Part shown: piece by piece, positions 58,891-64,000 of the stretch
Layout of the letters: each line of letters opens with the position of its first letter
Position numbering within the stretch: the first letter of the stretch is position 1
Assembly: GCA_007375535.1 (NCBI GenBank)
Contig: VMEM01000001.1
Span: forward strand, 103,462 to 167,461
Reading direction: 5' to 3'
Length of the DNA: 64,000 nucleotides
Source: Parcubacteria group bacterium LiPW_41
GTDB lineage: Bacteria > Patescibacteriota > Minisyncoccia > UBA6257 > GWB1-50-10
Program-made: the position numbers and the translations under genes
The notes under the pieces: generated by a model
Told to the model about the DNA's origin: nothing
The model's input: the letters and a program-made list of their open reading frames with translations, nothing else
Databases searched by the model: none

Positions 58891-59331
58891 ATGACAATGA
58901 TTGCGGAAAACAAAAAAGCTCGATTTGATTATGAACTCTCCGAAACATTCGTTGGGGGGATTGTGTTAACAGGACACGAAGCAAAGTCCGCAAAGATGGG
59001 AAGAATGGATTTATCAGGAAGTCATGCGATTGTGCGCGGTGGGGAAGTATACTTGTTAAATTCTTCAATTCACTCATTTCAAAAAGGAAATGCTCCAGAA
59101 AATTATGAAGAGCTTCGCACTCGAAAATTATTATTTTCAAAAAAAGAGTTACAAGAGATAGTAGGAAGAATACAGTCAGGATTTTCTCTTGTTCCACTCA
59201 AAGCATTTATTTCACACGGGTTTATAAAAATTGAATTAGCACTTGCTCACGGTAAGAAAAAATCCGACAAACGAGAAACGATTAAGAAGAGGGAAGTGGA
59301 ACGAGAAATTCAAAGAGGAGTGAGAAAATAA
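58891..59331 (+). CDS. smpB: SsrA-binding protein
   Basis: NKKARFDY, GIVLTGHE.KS, RTRKLL, GKK..DKRETIKKRE. Confidence 0.97.
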   Translation: MTMIAENKKARFDYELSETFVGGIVLTGHEAKSAKMGRMDLSGSHAIVRGGEVYLLNSSIHSFQKGNAPENYEELRTRKLLFSKKELQEIVGRIQSGFSLVPLKAFISHGFIKIELALAHGKKKSDKRETIKKREVEREIQRGVRK

Positions 59332-59360
59332 AAAAACAACCACTCTATCGGTTGTTTTAG

Positions 59361-59566
59361 TTTGTGGAGATGACCGGAGAATTTCACTACTCGTTCTCAC
59401 TTTGTTCGAACTGCGTTTTCAAAACCCACGGTTTTGAATAATTTCCTCCACGGGAGGATGTGCTATCCTCCCGACCCCTCCTCAGCTGTTCAACTCCTAT
59501 TCATACCACAAAAATTAAAAAACTCACCACAAAGGCGAGTATTTTAATTTGTGGAGATGACCGGAG
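59361..59566 (-). repeat. 187-bp hairpin-rich insert bounded by a 19-bp duplication of the tmRNA 3' end
   Basis: TTTGTGGAGATGACCGGAG at both 59361-59379 and 59548-59566. Confidence 0.85.
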
Positions 59567-59890
59567 TTGAACCGGTGTCCAAAATACTTCCAATATACAA
59601 TCTACAAGCTTAGTGTAAGAAACACGATAGTGAATCTTTTGTTAACGCATCATAGTTGAAAGATTCAAAACAACTATGTGTGTGCCTCATATATAACACC
59701 AGTAGATCCCTATGAGACATTAGGTACTGATGCCCACCTTAAATTAGGTGAGTGCCCCGTTATGCTGCGAAAGCAAAAGCAGGGACTGCAACTCTTTGGT
59801 TGTCAGTTATTGTTTGTTGTCAGATTTAGGAGGTAACAAGCTCCGCCTGCACATATATAGGTTGGTACTCTGTCGAAGCCCAACATCCCC
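59552..59890 (-). ncRNA. ssrA: tmRNA; tag (A)DNQRVAVPAFAFAA*
   Basis: 5' GGGGATG pairs with 3' CATCTCC-A including the G3.U alanyl determinant; T-arm ACCGG-TTCAACT-CCGGT; tag ORF follows ATAACT; adjacent to smpB. Confidence 0.95.
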
Positions 59891-59987
59891 TTTTAAGTAA
59901 CGTTCATATTATACTACAATTTTAAAGATAAAGCAAACACAAACATATTCGCTTTATAAATAAAACAAACTCTGTTTTAATTGAGAT

Positions 59988-61568
59988 ATGAAAGAAAAAG
60001 TCGTGAAGGCACTAAAAAAGGCGATTTCTGAAGAAATAGCCATTGAGGTCTCAGTTCCTGATCAAGAGGAATTTGGGCATTACAGCACCAACGTCGCATT
60101 TAAACTTGCGCGCGTGCGTCGTACCTCGCCTCTCACGGTTGCGGAGGAGATTGTTTCGATAATTAGAAAAGAGAAATTTTTTTTTCGTGCTGAAGTAGCA
60201 CATCCTGGATTTATTAATGTGTGGATTTCTGAAAAAGAACTAGCAAAAGAACTAATCTCTATTACAAAACAAAAAAATAAGTACGGAACAAAAAAGCAAA
60301 TAAAAACAACAAAGAAAAAAATGCAGGTTGAGTTTGTTTCTGCAAACCCAACAGGACCCCTTACTCTCGCAAATGGACGCGGTGGTTTTTTAGGGGATGC
60401 AATTGCAAATGTGCTCATTTCTCAAGGACACACGGTGGAGCGGGAATATTATGTAAATGACACAGGAAATCAAGTTCAGACACTTGGGAAATCTATTGTG
60501 GCAAATTGTGGATTTATTCCATTTGAAGAAAATTATTATAAAGGGGAGTACGTGAAAGCGTGGGCAGAATCTCATGCATCATTTGTAGAAAAAAATAAGA
60601 ATAAATTTGAAGCGGTTGGGGAGTGTGCCGCAAAAGATTTTTTGAAGATGATCAAAGAGGCGCTTGAAAAAAAAGCACACATACACTTTGATCGATATAC
60701 ATCAGAAAAAATAAATATTCATGAAGCAGGATATGTAAAAAAAGCGTTTGAATTGTTTTCTAAAATTGGAAAAACATACGAGGCGGATGGCGCGGTATGG
60801 CTTAAGACAACTGAATATGCCGATGATAAAGATAGAGTGCTTTATACTAGCGAAAAAACACCAACATATTTTCTCGCAGATGCTGGACATTATCTCGAGA
60901 CAAAAAAGCGTGGATTTTCCGGGAAAATATTAATTCTTGGTCCTGATCACTATGGATATGTTGCTCGAATTCAGGCTGCAGCAGAGCTCGTTGGACTTAG
61001 GGAATCAAAGGTGATAATCACGCAAGCGGTTCGATTGGTTGATAAGGGAAGCGAGGTGAAGATGTCTAAACGTAAGGGACAATTTGTTACATTTGCGGAA
61101 CTTATGGAAGAGGTGGGAATGGATGCTGCACGTTTTTTCTTTTTGATGATCTCTCCTGATAGTCATATGGATTTTGATATTGGACTTGCGAAAGAACGAT
61201 CAGTAAAAAATCCTGTGTTTTATGTGCAGTATGCGTTAGTAAGAGCGGGGAGCATTCTTGAAAAAACAAAAAAACAAACAACAGTTGATCTTTCTCTTCT
61301 CTCAACAAAAGAGGATATAGCTCTTATAAGAAAACTTGTTGAGTTTCCTGATGTTTTAGAAAGTGTTTCGGATGATTTTGGAATTCATCATCTCACACAG
61401 TATGCAAGCGAGTGTGCAAAAACATTCCACAATTTTTATGAAAAGGAAAAGGTAAGCGGAGAAGAAAAGAAAATTGCGGGAGCTCGAAGAGTTCTTGTTG
61501 AGGCGTCTTATTATGTGTTACAAAACACACTTCAAATTCTTGGTTGTTCTAGACCTAAAAAAATGTAA
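59988..61568 (+). CDS. argS: Arginine--tRNA ligase
   Basis: FGHYSTN, EFVSANPTGPL, EYYVND, KMSKRKG, YVQYA, final PKKM. Confidence 0.96.
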   Translation: MKEKVVKALKKAISEEIAIEVSVPDQEEFGHYSTNVAFKLARVRRTSPLTVAEEIVSIIRKEKFFFRAEVAHPGFINVWISEKELAKELISITKQKNKYGTKKQIKTTKKKMQVEFVSANPTGPLTLANGRGGFLGDAIANVLISQGHTVEREYYVNDTGNQVQTLGKSIVANCGFIPFEENYYKGEYVKAWAESHASFVEKNKNKFEAVGECAAKDFLKMIKEALEKKAHIHFDRYTSEKINIHEAGYVKKAFELFSKIGKTYEADGAVWLKTTEYADDKDRVLYTSEKTPTYFLADAGHYLETKKRGFSGKILILGPDHYGYVARIQAAAELVGLRESKVIITQAVRLVDKGSEVKMSKRKGQFVTFAELMEEVGMDAARFFFLMISPDSHMDFDIGLAKERSVKNPVFYVQYALVRAGSILEKTKKQTTVDLSLLSTKEDIALIRKLVEFPDVLESVSDDFGIHHLTQYASECAKTFHNFYEKEKVSGEEKKIAGARRVLVEASYYVLQNTLQILGCSRPKKM

Positions 61569-62498
61569 TTAAGAGGCTATTATCTGAATGGCTATTATTC
61601 CCAAATAGAGGAGCACGAGAAGTGCTCCCTCTTTTTTTGAGAATTTCTTTCCGGTTTCATAAAAACGAAAGACAAAAAGGAGAAGTATTCCCGTTGAAAC
61701 ACTGAGCGCAATGTATGAACCAGTTTGTTCAATTGGGACTGGTTGAATAATTGATAGAATTCCAACAATAAGTGGATTTGCGATAACTGATCCAAAAATA
61801 CTCGCGAGCGAAAGCTCTGCAACGTGTTTTCTTATAGAACGAAATGAAACAGCGATCTCTGGAAGATTTGTTCCCAAAGAGAAAAGAATGAGACCAATGA
61901 AAAATGCTGAAATATTATATGACTCAAGAAGCGTTTCGGTTAGGCGGATAATAAGATTTGAAACAATGAGAAGTGACACAATTCCAACCAATGAAAAAAT
62001 AATTTGTTTAGACGGAGAATGATGATGGGTAATTGGTTTTATAACGTCTTTGTGTCCAATTTCTTCAAACAAAAATACAACCAAAACAAAATACATAACA
62101 ACAAGAAAAACCCCTTCAAAAAAAGATATCTCTCCATTTAGTCCAAGAAGGAATGGGAGAAATGAATATCCTAATATTGGAAGTATTGTTTTGTAGTTCC
62201 CATCTGTTGAAATCGGGCGAGAAAAAAATATAGAGACACCAAGTATAAGACCAAACAAGACAGAGATACCACCCAAAAGATTTCCCAATGAAAGATCACT
62301 CAGGTTTTTTGCTGATGCACTTACTGCGATTGAGAGTTCTGGAAGAGAGGTCAAAAAACCCAAAATAAATCCTAAAAATATTATTGGGATATTAAATGCG
62401 TGGCCAATTTTTCTTACTGAATCAACCACAAGGTCTGCAGATTTTGAAAGTAGATAAAAAAGTATTCCAATCGAGATAAAAATTAAAAAATTCAACAT
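61569..62498 (-). CDS. Ca2+/Na+ antiporter (CaCA/YrbG family)
   Basis: Duplicated TSLPE and GTNLPE alpha-repeats, GNLLG. Confidence 0.88.
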   Translation of the reverse strand: MLNFLIFISIGILFYLLSKSADLVVDSVRKIGHAFNIPIIFLGFILGFLTSLPELSIAVSASAKNLSDLSLGNLLGGISVLFGLILGVSIFFSRPISTDGNYKTILPILGYSFLPFLLGLNGEISFFEGVFLVVMYFVLVVFLFEEIGHKDVIKPITHHHSPSKQIIFSLVGIVSLLIVSNLIIRLTETLLESYNISAFFIGLILFSLGTNLPEIAVSFRSIRKHVAELSLASIFGSVIANPLIVGILSIIQPVPIEQTGSYIALSVSTGILLLFVFRFYETGKKFSKKEGALLVLLYLGIIAIQIIAS

Positions 62499-62590
62499 GT
62501 ACTCAAATTATATCCTACTTTGTGGGTTTTAATGCAATACCAGATTCTAGTGGAAAAAAACCTAGATTTTTATTAGAATAAATACATATT

Positions 62591-64000
62591 ATGTTAAAGC
62601 AAGGAGAGCAATTTTCGTTGCCGGAAGTTGAGGAAAAAGTACTCGATTTCTGGAAGAAAAACCGTATTTTTGAATCTACACTCAAAAAAAAGAAAGGGTC
62701 TAAAGGTGATTTCATCTTTTATGAAGGGCCACCTACCGCAAATGGGAGGCCGGGTATTCATCACGTACTTGCGCGTTCTTTTAAAGATGTGGTGCCTCGA
62801 TATAAAACAATGCAGGGGTATACTGTTCCGCGAAAGGGAGGATGGGATACGCACGGACTTCCTGTGGAGCTTGAAGTTGAAAAACAGTTGGGTCTTAAAT
62901 CGAAAAAAGAAATTGAAGAGTATGGGGTCAAGGAATTTAACGCAAAATGTAAGGAGTCTGTTTGGAAATACAAAGATGAGTGGGAAAAACTTACCGAGCG
63001 TATGGGATATTGGCTTGATATTGATGATCCTTATGTAACATATGAAAATAATTATATTGAGTCATTGTGGAGTATTTTTAAAGAAATAAATAAGAAAAAA
63101 TTACTCTATAAAGGATATAAAATCGTTCCTTGGTGCACTCGATGCGGAACGGGTCTTTCTTCTCACGAACTTGCTCAGGGGTACAAAGAAGTTGAAGATA
63201 CATCGGTATATATAAAGTTTAAAGTAAAAAAGGGAGAAAAAATTGGAAACGATTTTGTTGCAGATCAAAAAACATTTATTCTCTCGTGGACGACTACTCC
63301 ATGGACACTTCCTGGAAATATTGCGCTTGCGGTTGGAGAAGATATTTCATATTCAATTATTGAGGTTGGAGAGGGAAAGAAAAAAGAGACTTTTATACTT
63401 GCAGAACCACGACTTCCTGTTATTGAAGAGAAGTATGTGATATTACACACAATAAAAGGGAAATCTTTGATCGGAGTTTCATATGAACCACTATTCGAAA
63501 TTCCTGCATTTGTTTCTGGGTCTGCAAAAGAAAAGACATATAAAGTTTATCCAGCAAATTTTGTTACTACAGAAGATGGAACTGGTGTAGTCCACACCGC
63601 GGTGATGTATGGAGAGGATGATTATAATTTAGGAAAAGCGGTTGGGTTGCCAGAAGTTCACACTGTTTCTGAGACTGGTGTGTTTGTTCCTGATGTTCCA
63701 TATTTTGCTGGGATGTATGCGAAAACAAAAACAACAGAAACAGCGATTATTGAAAAACTATCAGAACAAAACACTCTTCTGAGAACTGAGCAATACAAAC
63801 ACGAGTATCCATTTTGTTGGCGTTGCAACACACCACTTTTGTACTATGGGAGACATTCTTGGTTTATTGCAATGAGTGAGTTACGTGAAGAATTAAAAAA
63901 AGAAAACGAGTCTATTAATTGGATTCCTGATCATTTAAAAACAGGAAGGTTTGGTGAGTGGATAAAAGAAGTCAAAGACTGGGCAATTTCTCGAGAGCGA
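62591..64000 (+). CDS. ileS: Isoleucine--tRNA ligase, runs off the window end (absent from the ORF track)
   Basis: FYEGPPTANGRPGIHH, GWDTHGLPVE, WTTTPWTLPGN, GTGVVHTA, YPFCWRC, DWAISRER. Confidence 0.95.
   Translation, partial: MLKQGEQFSLPEVEEKVLDFWKKNRIFESTLKKKKGSKGDFIFYEGPPTANGRPGIHHVLARSFKDVVPRYKTMQGYTVPRKGGWDTHGLPVELEVEKQLGLKSKKEIEEYGVKEFNAKCKESVWKYKDEWEKLTERMGYWLDIDDPYVTYENNYIESLWSIFKEINKKKLLYKGYKIVPWCTRCGTGLSSHELAQGYKEVEDTSVYIKFKVKKGEKIGNDFVADQKTFILSWTTTPWTLPGNIALAVGEDISYSIIEVGEGKKKETFILAEPRLPVIEEKYVILHTIKGKSLIGVSYEPLFEIPAFVSGSAKEKTYKVYPANFVTTEDGTGVVHTAVMYGEDDYNLGKAVGLPEVHTVSETGVFVPDVPYFAGMYAKTKTTETAIIEKLSEQNTLLRTEQYKHEYPFCWRCNTPLLYYGRHSWFIAMSELREELKKENESINWIPDHLKTGRFGEWIKEVKDWAISRER

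Noticed and set aside
62594-63450. Short ORFs listed at the window end
   Set aside because: They overlap the open ileS frame starting at 62591
1-64000. Alternative genetic code (UGA recoding)
   Set aside because: Conserved genes are full-length under code 11, and dnaA ends at TGA at the expected position

Overview
Low-GC chromosomal window from a Patescibacteria/CPR bacterium (Parcubacteria-like; standard genetic code), inferred from gene content and style. It spans the replication origin (jag-yidC-rnpA-rpmH / dnaA-oriC-dnaN, with DnaA boxes and DnaA-trios at about 29.8-30.0 kb). Left of oriC are three tandem VirB2-like pilins, tRNA-Leu, a PMT-like glycosyltransferase, a Xer recombinase, rpsO-NYN-pnp, comM, rsmA and a 13-kb T4SS-like cluster (VirB6-like, PrgI/VirB3-like, VirB4) that ends in a pilin fused to an M15-like peptidase domain. 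Right of oriC are mostly housekeeping genes (PBP1A, ruvC/B/A, polA, pilB, holA, murE/murB, a Clp ATPase, infC-rpmI-rplT, smpB, tmRNA, argS, ileS). The most unusual signals are non-coding. Small hairpin-rich inserts duplicate the 3' ends of tRNA-Arg and tmRNA from within the T-loop and carry an antisense copy of the T-arm. Two distant palindromic elements share a core but have different, self-complementary arms. All four share a GA-stem-RAA-stem-GA mini-hairpin motif. There is also a promoter- and terminator-bounded ~170-nt structured RNA (6S-like), a stand-alone 47-aa acidic protein missed by the ORF track, and apparently pervasive leaderless initiation. All calls come from reading the sequence by eye; no searches or folding programs were run.
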